Below are positions 18,563 through 29,282 of a stretch of DNA of 64,000 nucleotides, piece after piece. Numbering within the stretch: the first letter of the stretch is position 1; each line of letters opens with the position of its first letter. Position numbers and translations under genes: made by a program. The stretch is from Bdellovibrionales bacterium RIFOXYD12_FULL_39_22 (GTDB taxonomy: Bacteria; Bdellovibrionota; Bacteriovoracia; Bacteriovoracales; Bacteriovoracaceae). Under the pieces are notes generated by a model. The model made no database searches. It had not been told where the DNA came from and saw only the letters and a program-made list of their open reading frames with translations. The stretch spans positions 1-64,000 of the forward strand of contig MEQL01000055.1 in NCBI GenBank assembly GCA_001770205.1, written 5' to 3'.

Positions 18563-21500
18563 ATGATCAGCAAAATTATTAACAACTCTTATTCGTTGTT
18601 CCTAATTTTAATCTGCCTTCTTTTACTGGGCATCTATTCTATTTTTGATCTTCCCGTAAAAATGTATCCTAACATGATCAAACCATCTCTCAATATCAGC
18701 TTCGGCAACAATAAATCAGTAGTCCCCAGTGATTCGCAAAAACGCTATGGCCAAACCATCGTGGCACAAATTGCCGCCATTCCAGAAATTGATTCCCATC
18801 GTGTTACCTACTCCGATAATTACTCATCCATAGAATTAGATTTTAAGTGGGATGTAGATGAAGAAGAAATGCGCTCACGCCTAAAAGTCATTCTTGATTC
18901 TGTCAAGGCCGCTGAAGGAAGAAATTTCTGGTACAACATCTGGTCGCGCGGCCAATCTGCTGGCCAAATGTTGCTCGCCATCTCCCACAACAAATTGGGA
19001 TCTCTAGAGCTACAAGAACTATTAAACCGTTCACTAATTCCTCAAGTAAAAAAAGTCGAGGGTGTAGAGCAAGTAAACTACTGGGATAGTGCAAACTCCT
19101 ATCCGTTACTGGAACTTAATCGTGATAAAGTTTTAACTTTTAATATTAGCATCCAAGAAATAGTTTCGGCCATTGAGGCCGCACTGGAAAATGTGAACGT
19201 TGGCACCTTTGGCATTGAAGACAGTGATAATCAAAAAGTATTAATCGTACCCAGTAACCTTCACTCATTCGAGGATATTTTAGACATCTCTTTACGCAAA
19301 GATCTGGACAATAATATAAATCTGCGCATTAGAGACATCGGGAAAATAATAACCAAAACCACTACCCGAGACTCGCTTTATAATTTAAATGGAATTCCGG
19401 CAAACTACTTAAGTATCCGCATATCTTCTATTGCTGATGTAAAGAAAACTTGTCGTCTGGCCATTGAAGCACTTGAGCATTTCAAATCAAATAATGCGGA
19501 TATAAGTTTTCGACTACTTGTTAATCCCGCCACCTTTATTGACGAAGCGATCATAAATTTACTAATCAATGCTCTCATTGGTGGAATAATTGCAGTTTTA
19601 ATAATGTATCTTTTTACTGGCAATATGAGAAATACCATTATCGTGGGAATTTCCATTCCGGTTTCTGTAATTATCTCTTTTATTTTAATGAAGCTTTTTA
19701 ACCTGACCATCAACATCATCTCCCTGGGCGGTATGGCCATTGGCCTAGGCATGGTTTTAGATTGTTCCATTGTTTCTCTGGAAAATATTATTCGCCATTT
19801 GCGGCAAGAACGCCACCGTCCAATTATCGCAGTCATTGATGAAGCAGTGGGCGAAGTGGCCATGCCGATGCTCTCCTCTACTCTTACTACCATTGCCGTT
19901 TTTTTTCCCATTATCTTGACTGCTTCTTATACCAAGGCCATTTTAGGCGATCTATCCAAGGCCATTGTATTTAATCTGTCTGTCTCTTTGCTGGCGGCCA
20001 TAACTATAGTTCCTATTCTTTTTTATCTGCTTCCTAAAAATGTCGATCAAAAGGACACCACCAAATTTAGTGATTTTTTGCAAAAATATTATGTGCGTTT
20101 ATTAGATTTTATAATTAGCAGTAAACGACAAAGCATTATTACCATTGTGTTAGCAGTCACTGTTTTTTCCGCCTCTCTTTTGCTTTTCCCTAAGATTAAA
20201 AAAGAGATCATCGCCACTCCGGCCACAACACTATTTGATATTTCCATGGAATTCCCTGGCAATCGTGATATTGGCTTGACCAAAAAGCATGTAGCGCGAG
20301 TTGAGGCCTATCTAAAGGCCAAAGGCGAAATCGTAAACTTTTTTACCTACATGTGGAATCCTGAAAATGGATTTATTACCGGAGAACTGCGCAATAAATC
20401 GCTCTTTGAACCACTAAAAAAAGAGTATGAAAAAAAATTTCCGCCGCTTCCAGATTTTAACTCCTCTCCTAACAAATGGGACCCCGGCGGCATGCCAATC
20501 CCTTACCATACAGACTTTCTGGTCCACCTGATTGGTTCTACCACTGACGAAGAAGTAAGCTCCTTTGCTCAAACACTGCAAGCTGAAGTTAGCAGCAAAC
20601 TCAAGACATCAATTCGTCACTTACCTCACGAAGCACGCAATGAATCTATTAATATGCGCTATCGGCCTTGGGCCTTACCCTTGGAAGTAACACGAGCGCA
20701 ATCTTTTATTAAGGCCGCCTCCCAAAACGGAATCTATATAGACCAGGTTATTGATAAAGGCCGGCTTAATTCTCTCTATTTATCTTTCCGCCCAGAGCAA
20801 CTGGCCAATGATGTTTCTGAACTATCTAATCTTCCAGTACCCTATCAAAATAAAATTATTCCCCTAAAGGCCATTGCCGATATCTCTCTCGAAAGTAGTA
20901 AGGCCTGGCCAATTAATTTTATTAACAACGTCCGCGCTCACGAGCTATATATCAATTTTAACTCCGCAGATGGGCCGCTTTCTGATACCGCCAAAAATAA
21001 GTTGATAAATAAGGCAAAAAAAATAATTGACGGTGCTGACCGCCCACTGGATTTACAAATTGAATATCCGACACCTAATCCAGAAATTGATCGTGCTTTT
21101 GATAGTTTTAAAATTTCACTGCTAGCGGCAATTATTCTTGTCTTTTTAATTATTGCTCTCTCTTTTAATTCCATTAAATACCCACTAATTATTCTCTCCA
21201 CCATTCCACTGGCCGTAACGGGAGTACTGTTTGGATTATTTATTACCGAAAGTACCGTTTCATTAAACTCTATGTTAGGAACCATTCTGCTGGCCGGCCT
21301 TGTCGTCAACAATGCTATTTTGCTAATAGACTTCTATCTCAATCACAAGAAGGCCTCGCTCGCGGCCAATATTACCCTATCTATTAAAGAGGCCGCCCGA
21401 TTACGCTTGCTCCCGATTCTAATGACCACCACTACCACGCTACTTGGGGCGTTGCCAGTGGCCTTGGCCTTGGGAGAGAGCGGCGAGATTTTACGGCCGC

Positions 21501-21589
21501 TTGGAATATCACTATTTTTTGGATTGTTTTTTTCCACCCTTATAACTCTCTTTTTAATTCCGGCCATACTTAACTTAAGTGATGGTTAA
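18563..21589 (+). CDS. RND efflux transporter permease (AcrB/AcrD/AcrF family)
   Basis: 1008 aa; SLGGMAIGLGMVLD, STLTTIAVFFP, GLVVNNAILL, RLLPILMTT. Confidence 0.93.
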   Translation: MISKIINNSYSLFLILICLLLLGIYSIFDLPVKMYPNMIKPSLNISFGNNKSVVPSDSQKRYGQTIVAQIAAIPEIDSHRVTYSDNYSSIELDFKWDVDEEEMRSRLKVILDSVKAAEGRNFWYNIWSRGQSAGQMLLAISHNKLGSLELQELLNRSLIPQVKKVEGVEQVNYWDSANSYPLLELNRDKVLTFNISIQEIVSAIEAALENVNVGTFGIEDSDNQKVLIVPSNLHSFEDILDISLRKDLDNNINLRIRDIGKIITKTTTRDSLYNLNGIPANYLSIRISSIADVKKTCRLAIEALEHFKSNNADISFRLLVNPATFIDEAIINLLINALIGGIIAVLIMYLFTGNMRNTIIVGISIPVSVIISFILMKLFNLTINIISLGGMAIGLGMVLDCSIVSLENIIRHLRQERHRPIIAVIDEAVGEVAMPMLSSTLTTIAVFFPIILTASYTKAILGDLSKAIVFNLSVSLLAAITIVPILFYLLPKNVDQKDTTKFSDFLQKYYVRLLDFIISSKRQSIITIVLAVTVFSASLLLFPKIKKEIIATPATTLFDISMEFPGNRDIGLTKKHVARVEAYLKAKGEIVNFFTYMWNPENGFITGELRNKSLFEPLKKEYEKKFPPLPDFNSSPNKWDPGGMPIPYHTDFLVHLIGSTTDEEVSSFAQTLQAEVSSKLKTSIRHLPHEARNESINMRYRPWALPLEVTRAQSFIKAASQNGIYIDQVIDKGRLNSLYLSFRPEQLANDVSELSNLPVPYQNKIIPLKAIADISLESSKAWPINFINNVRAHELYINFNSADGPLSDTAKNKLINKAKKIIDGADRPLDLQIEYPTPNPEIDRAFDSFKISLLAAIILVFLIIALSFNSIKYPLIILSTIPLAVTGVLFGLFITESTVSLNSMLGTILLAGLVVNNAILLIDFYLNHKKASLAANITLSIKEAARLRLLPILMTTTTTLLGALPVALALGESGEILRPLGISLFFGLFFSTLITLFLIPAILNLSDG

Positions 21590-21711
21590 TATATGTAGTG
21601 GATGCAATTCCAAATAGTTTTACCTGTCAAAAATTTTTACAGTGGCATGCACTGGTATGTAATTGTGGGCAATAGTCCGTCAGGCCCCCAAAAAGCTGCT
21701 AGCATTGTCGT

Positions 21712-22263
21712 ATGAGTAATAAACTTAACAAACTCTTCTCCCTTTGGACCATCATTGTACTAACCAACTTAACAATCATTGGTAGCATCAGCGCCCAGGA
21801 TCATAAAAAAGATAATGCGGTAGATCTCTCACAGGCCGATCCTAATTATAACTACTACCTTTTGACACACGTTAAATATCAAAAGGCCGGAGAGTGGATA
21901 TATCATAATTTTAGAAACAAAAAAATTGAGGCCAGACGTATTACTCCCAAGCTGGGATATACCGATCTTTTTTGGAGCAACCAAGAGGTAAACCAGGATA
22001 CAAATGATGCGATTATCACCTTAGAGACACTCTTTCTCTATGATTATGTTGTTGTTGGTACTGACTTATATGGAAAACAGATACTACAAAACAAAACCTG
22101 GTCAAAGAAGGCCGGTACTCGGCCACACAGTCCGGCAGATATGAATACCGTTTGGAGTAAAAATATTTTTATGGCCAATAAAGTCCCCGACAAAATAATT
22201 CGTCAAATTGGCGATCGAACTTTTATAATAACGGTTACCTTCATGGCCATTAAAAAGAAATAG
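21712..22263 (+). CDS. Exported hypothetical protein
   Basis: 183-aa ORF with a signal peptide (ISA-QD). Confidence 0.55.
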   Translation: MSNKLNKLFSLWTIIVLTNLTIIGSISAQDHKKDNAVDLSQADPNYNYYLLTHVKYQKAGEWIYHNFRNKKIEARRITPKLGYTDLFWSNQEVNQDTNDAIITLETLFLYDYVVVGTDLYGKQILQNKTWSKKAGTRPHSPADMNTVWSKNIFMANKVPDKIIRQIGDRTFIITVTFMAIKKK

Positions 22264-22743
22264 CTATGGCCACATTGTTTTCTGTTCTCGATATTTTCCA
22301 TCGGACATTAACTCTTCTGAACTAACCACCTCTAAAGAATCTTTGTTATTGTTTACTACTACATCCCAACTTGAGGATTTCTCAAAAACTTTTTTCCCGC
22401 TCTCTAAGTTAAAAAACATCGTCAACTGTCCATGCACTCCCTTATTCCAAAATGTGAGCAATAGCGGAGCATCATATTTGGATATTTGCTCAATACGATA
22501 ATATAAAAATCCTTCTGCGACAGATGTTTCTTCCAGTAACCGCATTGCGGTATGATTTTTAGCAAAAAAAAGTTGATGGGCCAATTCGTTCTGCTGTACC
22601 ACTATTTTGTAATAATCATCTTCCAGCAAAAACTTCCCATAAAACGCAATTTTTTTCTCATCAAAAAACTTCACAGCTTCATCTGGCATTATGGCCAATA
22701 CAAAATTGAAAAAAATGGCACAAACTACTATCAAAATTTTCAT
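22264..22743 (-). CDS. Small exported hypothetical protein (candidate inhibitor of the upstream lysozyme-like protein)
   Basis: Signal peptide MKILIVVCAIFFNFVLA; begins 10 nt after the lysozyme-like ORF stop. Confidence 0.6.
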   Translation of the reverse strand: MKILIVVCAIFFNFVLAIMPDEAVKFFDEKKIAFYGKFLLEDDYYKIVVQQNELAHQLFFAKNHTAMRLLEETSVAEGFLYYRIEQISKYDAPLLLTFWNKGVHGQLTMFFNLESGKKVFEKSSSWDVVVNNNKDSLEVVSSEELMSDGKYREQKTMWP

Positions 22744-22753
22744 AAAAACTTCC

Positions 22754-23889
22754 CTATTTTACACCCATACCAAAACACTTGTAAGGAGTGTCGCTGGCCT
22801 TTAGTGTTTGCATACAGGGCAAACATTTGTTGACAACGTTATTTAAATACTCTGAAGAATTGTCTTGATCATAACTATATACCCCCGCCATAATTGCCTC
22901 TCGAGCAGACAGTAATTTATTTTTACTCTTATATTTTAGTTCCACCTTGTCTTTGATTTTAAAATTTAATATTCGCATTGCTGCCTCGATCTGCATTTCG
23001 ACACTGCCACTCATTAGTTCAAATAGATTCCGGCGAGAAATACCACGATCGACATCCACGGTAGTAAAAGGCAGGTGGCCGACGGAATGAAGAAAATCAA
23101 AAGTACCTCTGGTTATTTGGCCCAACCCATGTGCGGTTGAAGACATTACCGGGGTATTTTGACAATAGCTGTAATTGAAATCATGAGGATCAAGGTAAGT
23201 GGCCGTCTCTTGATAAACTATGCACGTAACTAATTCAGCAGAAAGATGAGGGTTAATAACATGTGGATCGCGAAGATCTTTTAGTAGTGCCGCGCCTAAA
23301 TTTTGGCCAGGGCCATTTACTGCATGGGAATTCTCTTTAAATGATCTAAAGGCCTTTTGCGCCAAGGCATAGACCGCTTCACTTCTTTCCTGCAAATTTT
23401 TATCTCGCCATAATAACTTATTACCATGAACTTTCGCTATCAGACGCTTGCGTTCTGCTTCGCATTTTTTGCGGCCTAGTTTGCGTAAAGTGCCTCTATT
23501 ATCTAAGTACGTTCGATAACTATTTAATCCGTTTGCAGATCACGTCCAATCTCTTTCCCTGCACTTAAATTGTAATACTTTTTGCTAACTCGATATTTGG
23601 GATAATCTAGTTCATTTCCATAACGATCGATATAAATTAATTCATGATACCAACAATCCGGCCGGCCATTACAGCCAACTCGATTGCTTACTACCACTTT
23701 TGAACCATCTTCTAACATCATTTCCCGAACAATATCCACCTGTCCGGCAATTGTTGAATCAAATTCCACTTTTAAAGAGAGAGATAGGGTCTGAATATAT
23801 TTATTGGTCTTTTCTGCCATGACCTGCTTACTTCCTATTAAGATCATCCCAAAACTGGCCACTATAAAAAATATTTTAGCAATTCCCAT
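22754..23889 (-). pseudogene. Secreted lysozyme/lytic-transglycosylase-like protein split by a single-base frameshift near 23540
   Basis: C-terminal ORF has CIVYQET and STAHGLGQIT (SLT motifs); its frame is open without a start codon from 23539, overlapping the end of the signal-peptide ORF that stops at 23524. Confidence 0.6.
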
Positions 23890-23978
23890 AATGCGTCTAC
23901 TCGGCAATGGCCGAATTATCTTCAAAAATTTAGAAATCTTTGCCTTATCGCTAAGCATATTTTGCCGATTAATTTTTT

Positions 23979-24005
23979 TCAAACCCAGAACTATTTACCC
24001 GACCA
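23979..24005 (+). promoter_or_regulatory. sigma28/FliA-like promoter of the MCP gene
   Basis: TCAA-N15-CCCGACCA upstream of a chemoreceptor. Confidence 0.4.
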
Positions 24006-24091
24006 TATTTTTTATTGAAAAAAAAATTGAGGCAAGTTACCCTAGCCTTATTATGTTATGTTGAATAACTGTGAAGGAATAGTAATTAATT

Positions 24092-26191
24092 ATGAAAAGC
24101 ATATCAACGAAGCTCCTCTCTCTGTTTATCTCCATAATAGCTATTTGTGCATTTATGGCCATTGCTCTGTTTTATTACTACGACAGTAAAAAAGATAAAT
24201 TTTTCCACGATGAAGTTGGCCATATGGCGGAAAAAACTTTTAACCGCTTAGTACTTGAGTACCGCTTGGGCCTTGAAAGGTTTATGATGAAATACCTCAA
24301 TGATGAGAGCATCTACACTTTGATCGATAAAGGGGAATATGCCTCGCTGCAGACCAACACCAACGGAATTCTTCGCGGATTGGCCTTAAGTTCTGCCGAT
24401 AATGTCGCCTCCGGCATCATAACCTGGAATTTTGTTAGTCTTGATGGAAAATACAACAGTATTGCACCAGATGAAATAGCAAATCAGGGAAGAGCTCTTA
24501 TTGATGAGCATGCTCGTGGCAATTGTTTTGCAACGATGCTACAAACAAAACAAGAGGGAAGTTGCTTAGAAACTACGAAAGACAATGCTCTTTATTGGAT
24601 CTTTTTTCCTACCACTGACGATAATGAAAAAATTAACGGCTTTAGCGAAGTTGCCGTCTCTTTGATGCTTCCGGCCACCAAGATAAAAGAGATTTTAAAC
24701 GGTGAAGTTTCTATAATTAATAACAAAAATCAAGTTATCTTTTCCACCAATCGTGAGTTTATCCCCGAAATCCAGCGCAACCTAAAAGACAAAGAGGTAG
24801 ATGATATCTTATGGCAAAATAGAAATTATAAGTCTATGCTTCGCCCACTAAACTCCCAACGGCCGGATGTTGGCAACATCGCTTTTTCCATAGATGAAAC
24901 AGAGAGCACCAAGACGGAAGAGGCCTTAACTCGACTTTTATTTATCGGCTTTTCAGTTGGCATGATAGCAATTATTTTCATCATCATCTTTGTTGTTAGA
25001 AAAAATATTGTTGCCCCGGTTTTACTTATTAAGCAAAAGGCGGTTGAATTGGCCGATGGTAAATTTATAAAGATTACTAATATTAACGATAAAACGGAGC
25101 TAGGGGATTGTTTGAAATCCATGAATCAAATGATTGATGTATTAAACGAAGTTAATCAGGAATTGGTAGAAATCTCCGCCCAAACTATCCGAGGCAAATT
25201 AAACTACCGAATAAATTTTGATAAATATAATGGCGAATATAAAAAAATGACAGAGGGTATCAATAAAATCATTGATGAAATTCTTCGGCCTAATGCCGAA
25301 GTTATTAAAATTTTAAAAGAGATGGAGCATGGCAATCTGAGTTTGAAAGTTTCTGGCGATTACAAGGGAGATCATGCTGTTTTAAAAGATGCTATTAATT
25401 CTACCATCGACTCTCTTAATATGACTTTGGCGGAAGTAAAAGGGGTGGTAGCACAAGTCAATAACTCAGCAGAAATTATGTCTGGACATGGAGGCAATCT
25501 AACCTCTGGTTCAAGTAGACAAGCATCATCCTTAGAAGAAATCTCTGGCTCCCTAATTCAAATCAGCTCCCAAATTGAAAGCAATGCGGGCAATGCCGGG
25601 AGCGTGGCGGTGCTAAGTGGAAACGCCAAGGTATTGGCCAATGATGGGGCCAGCGAAATGGAGCAGATGCTCAAGGCCATGGAACAAATTAGTAACTCCG
25701 GCCAGAACATCTCAAAAATTATAAAAATAATTGATGAGATTGCCTTTCAAACTAATCTATTAGCTTTAAATGCCGCAGTTGAGGCGGCCCGAGCTGGAAG
25801 TCATGGAAGAGGATTTGCCGTGGTTGCTGATGAGGTTCGAAACTTGGCCGGACGAAGTGCGGTGGCCGCCCGCGAAACCACCGAGCTAATTGAAGAGTCT
25901 TCGGAAAATGTTAGCAAGGGATCAACACTTGCAAAAAAAACCTCTTCCTCTCTTAATAAAATTGTAGAAAGCATCGAAGAAGTTAATCAGATCATTAGCG
26001 AAATTTCTATCGCCTCAAAAGAACAGGCGGAAGGACTTACTCAGGTAAATACGGGAATGAAACAAATTGAGCAAGTAACTTTTAAAAACAACTCCATAGC
26101 CGATGAATCTGCTCGTGAAGTTGAAAAACTAAAGACCTTATCTGATGATCTCGCAGCTTCTATCGATAAATTTAAACTCTTTATAACTTGA
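24092..26191 (+). CDS. Methyl-accepting chemotaxis protein
   Basis: Two TM helices, HAMP domains, [37 protein letters not shown]. Confidence 0.96.
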   Translation: MKSISTKLLSLFISIIAICAFMAIALFYYYDSKKDKFFHDEVGHMAEKTFNRLVLEYRLGLERFMMKYLNDESIYTLIDKGEYASLQTNTNGILRGLALSSADNVASGIITWNFVSLDGKYNSIAPDEIANQGRALIDEHARGNCFATMLQTKQEGSCLETTKDNALYWIFFPTTDDNEKINGFSEVAVSLMLPATKIKEILNGEVSIINNKNQVIFSTNREFIPEIQRNLKDKEVDDILWQNRNYKSMLRPLNSQRPDVGNIAFSIDETESTKTEEALTRLLFIGFSVGMIAIIFIIIFVVRKNIVAPVLLIKQKAVELADGKFIKITNINDKTELGDCLKSMNQMIDVLNEVNQELVEISAQTIRGKLNYRINFDKYNGEYKKMTEGINKIIDEILRPNAEVIKILKEMEHGNLSLKVSGDYKGDHAVLKDAINSTIDSLNMTLAEVKGVVAQVNNSAEIMSGHGGNLTSGSSRQASSLEEISGSLIQISSQIESNAGNAGSVAVLSGNAKVLANDGASEMEQMLKAMEQISNSGQNISKIIKIIDEIAFQTNLLALNAAVEAARAGSHGRGFAVVADEVRNLAGRSAVAARETTELIEESSENVSKGSTLAKKTSSSLNKIVESIEEVNQIISEISIASKEQAEGLTQVNTGMKQIEQVTFKNNSIADESAREVEKLKTLSDDLAASIDKFKLFIT

Positions 26192-26604
26192 AAAAAATAA
26201 CGGCCATGCAATTAAATCGAAAAAACTTTCTCAAGCTTGCCGCTTGGTCCTTCAGCGTTTTTTTCTTCGGCCTAACCCTTTCTATCCCCACTATAAAAAT
26301 AAGAAGTCGACAAAAAAAAATACGACTTCTTTTAGAAAATATTAATAGTGGTGCAAATCTATTTGATGAGGTGATTATAGTAAAAGATCTAAACATGCTT
26401 CGCGCTTACCTCCGACGGTGTACTCACCTAGGTTGTCCATTAAATATAAATAGCGATGGAACACTCATCTGTCCTTGTCATGGATCACAATTCAATCTGG
26501 CCGGCATGGCCGTTACGGGCCCGGCCACAAAAAATCTCACTGAATTAGCAATAAAGATCGATCCTGAAAAGAAATTTGCCGAGGTCGAATATGAACTTCT
26601 TTAA
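26188..26604 (+). CDS. Rieske 2Fe-2S subunit with Tat-like signal
   Basis: CTHLGC and [15 protein letters not shown] signal; start is TTG 26188 (overlapping the MCP stop) or ATG 26206. Confidence 0.93.
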   Translation: MKKITAMQLNRKNFLKLAAWSFSVFFFGLTLSIPTIKIRSRQKKIRLLLENINSGANLFDEVIIVKDLNMLRAYLRRCTHLGCPLNINSDGTLICPCHGSQFNLAGMAVTGPATKNLTELAIKIDPEKKFAEVEYELL

Positions 26605-29221
26605 AAAGTTCAATCATAAAATAATGGGCAATTTCGGAATGCTCTCTATTTCAGCACTCTGGCTGGCCATTCTTTCCGGCCTTCCGCTAATTATTTTTTA
26701 TGATGTTCGGGCGCCCTATCTGAGCATCCAAGAAATTCTTATTCGCTATCCAATAATCCAACTATTTCGCTCTATTCATTACTGGTCGGCACAATTGTTA
26801 ATTATTTTTGCCATTTTTCATAGCGTCGAAATGATGATTGGAATTAACGCTAAAGAAAAAAATAAAATCATTTTTTCCACTTGGTGGCCCGCGGCCTTTG
26901 CCTTTCCTATTCTTCTTTTCATCATGCTCTCTGGATACATCCTCAAAGGAGATAGCGAAGGAAAACTTGCCGCACAGATTTTTTCTGAACTTTTATGGCC
27001 TCCCGTAAAATATTTTCTTTTGGGCAACACCAATAATAACGGATGGCAAACCCTCTACTTGCAGCATGCTTCAATGGCAACTATCTTGCTATTGGCCGCA
27101 GTCTTGGCCCATGCCAAGAGAATTTGGCCGTCCTTCTCTGATTGGCCAATCGTCTCTTTCTTAGTTGTCCTTCTGGCAATTTTTTTTCCAATCGGTTTGC
27201 ATAGTGAGTTTTATTTAAAAACCCAAGGCCCATGGTATTTTCTTCCTCTTCAAGAAATTCTGCATTGGCAAAATGATCCCGCAATCTTGCCATATATTCT
27301 GCTAATACTTTATCTTTTCTTTTTTTTCTTTCCTCGATTTTCTTGGCGCTTGCGTTCTTTGCTTAAATTTTTTTTCTCTCTCTTTGGCCTAATATTCATT
27401 TCACTTATCTTTTTTGTTTTCTTCTTTCGAGGCGCTTATTGGGCCATTACTATTCCCAAAGACCCCTGGCCTAACACCAATATTTACAACTCCATTTACA
27501 GCTACTTCCCGGATAAAAAAGCAATCACCCAAGATACTCCAAGGGTGAATGGCCGCAGCGAGGGTTGTCTTCTTTGTCATCAACAAGAATTTGGTTTTGC
27601 AACCTCACATAATCCAAAGGCCATTGGATGCAGTAGTTGTCATTTGGGAAATATTTTTTCTGCCAATAAAACCACTGCCCACCAAAATATGATTCTTCTT
27701 CCAGGGAACATTAATAATATAGAGCAAGCACGCTTGACTTGTGGGGCAACTAATTGTCACGCCGAAATTGTTGAACGTGTAGATAAATCACTAATGAATA
27801 GTATGCGCGGAGTTATTGCCGTTGATCGCTTTGCTTTTGGTGAAAAAAAAATCCCTAATGGAACCGACTCGGTTAAACAACTTGGCGGAAGTAGTGCCGA
27901 TACTCACTTAAAACAATTATGTACCATGTGTCATCTTGGGAATGTAAAAAAAGAAAGTGGCCCAATTAACGAACTATCGCGGGGAGGCGGCTGTATGGCC
28001 TGTCATCTTAATTATGATGACGGCCAAAAAGATAATAAAAACTATCACCCTGCCCTTACTCTCCAAATTAAAAGTGAACATTGCTTTGGATGCCATAGTC
28101 GCTCTGGCCGCATAAGTACTAACTATCAAGGATGGCACGAAAGCAAACTAACGGCCGCCGAACTACCAACTCATTCCAGCGCAAGTTATCGCCTACTGGC
28201 CGATCAACGTGTTTTTGAAAAGAAGGAGGCAGATGTTCACTTTTTAGCGGGAATGGAATGCATAGATTGTCATACCTCTCGCGAAGCTATGGGTGATGGC
28301 AACATACATCTCCATCAAGAAAAACAGACAGAAATTACATGCATCGATTGCCATCAAAACGGCCCCCTTCCTACCGTCGGATGGGATCAGCTTAGTGATG
28401 AAGATCGAAAAATAATTCGACTGCGCAATAATGGGAAGGAAGAGAGACCGCGACAGTTTTTAAAAATTGGCAAAAGCAATAAAGCGCTGCCTTTTGCCTT
28501 TCTTAATCCACAAGGTGATTTAATTATGCAGGGAAAAAATTCTAAAAAAATTTTTCGCCTCAAAGGCCCGACTATTCAATGTACCCAAACCATGCCAGGA
28601 CATGAACGCCTGGCATGTCATAGTTGCCACTCTTCTTGGGCCCCGCAGTGTTTAAGTTGCCACACTCAACAAAGTGGCCGCGGAATTTGGCAAGAATTTT
28701 CCGACTCCTTTCTCTCCGATGCTCCGCCCCTGGGAATCGTTCCCGGCCCAAATAATCAAGAAAAAATTGTTCCATTTATTCCCGGAATGGTTATGACGAT
28801 CTCTACCGATATACCAAAGAATAAAAAATTTGTTCGCCTTTTTGCCCCCACCGTGCCTCATACCACGGGCAAAAAAAGTCGCAGCTGCATCTCTTGCCAT
28901 CTCTCTAGCAATGCACTAGGGGCCGGACGCGGCGATTTATCTTATAATAGCATTGACACAACTTTTAATTTTTATCCACGCTATAGCGCTCTCTCTGATC
29001 AGCTTCCTGCCGATGCCTGGACTGCCTTTTTAAAAGATGGCCCTCCAAATTCTACCCGTATAGATGCTCGACCATTTAATCGTAAGGAGCAGCTAAAAAT
29101 TTTAAATGTGGGCCTCTGCCTTTCTTGTCACCCCTACGAAGAAAAAAATATTCGCTGGATTTATCACAATTTCAAAAGATCTATCTCTAAAATGAGCAAG
29201 CGTTGCCGAATATTGCAATGA
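26591..29221 (+). CDS. Cytochrome b / multihaem cytochrome c fusion protein
   Basis: N-terminal cytochrome b (RSIHYWSA...FH, GYIL, QH...AH, GPWYF); C-terminal 11 CxxCH plus 1 CxxxxCH; ATG 26591 follows GAGG. Confidence 0.9.
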   Translation: MNFFKKFNHKIMGNFGMLSISALWLAILSGLPLIIFYDVRAPYLSIQEILIRYPIIQLFRSIHYWSAQLLIIFAIFHSVEMMIGINAKEKNKIIFSTWWPAAFAFPILLFIMLSGYILKGDSEGKLAAQIFSELLWPPVKYFLLGNTNNNGWQTLYLQHASMATILLLAAVLAHAKRIWPSFSDWPIVSFLVVLLAIFFPIGLHSEFYLKTQGPWYFLPLQEILHWQNDPAILPYILLILYLFFFFFPRFSWRLRSLLKFFFSLFGLIFISLIFFVFFFRGAYWAITIPKDPWPNTNIYNSIYSYFPDKKAITQDTPRVNGRSEGCLLCHQQEFGFATSHNPKAIGCSSCHLGNIFSANKTTAHQNMILLPGNINNIEQARLTCGATNCHAEIVERVDKSLMNSMRGVIAVDRFAFGEKKIPNGTDSVKQLGGSSADTHLKQLCTMCHLGNVKKESGPINELSRGGGCMACHLNYDDGQKDNKNYHPALTLQIKSEHCFGCHSRSGRISTNYQGWHESKLTAAELPTHSSASYRLLADQRVFEKKEADVHFLAGMECIDCHTSREAMGDGNIHLHQEKQTEITCIDCHQNGPLPTVGWDQLSDEDRKIIRLRNNGKEERPRQFLKIGKSNKALPFAFLNPQGDLIMQGKNSKKIFRLKGPTIQCTQTMPGHERLACHSCHSSWAPQCLSCHTQQSGRGIWQEFSDSFLSDAPPLGIVPGPNNQEKIVPFIPGMVMTISTDIPKNKKFVRLFAPTVPHTTGKKSRSCISCHLSSNALGAGRGDLSYNSIDTTFNFYPRYSALSDQLPADAWTAFLKDGPPNSTRIDARPFNRKEQLKILNVGLCLSCHPYEEKNIRWIYHNFKRSISKMSKRCRILQ

Positions 29222-29282
29222 CATCTTCCTATTTCTTTGATAAGAATATCTCTTATTATCCACCACATCTTGAGAAATACCT

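Noticed and set aside
16289..21589. TolC operon as a type I secretion system for the giant proteins
   Set aside because: The inner-membrane partner is an RND permease, not an ABC transporter, and the complete giant protein has a Sec/lipoprotein signal.
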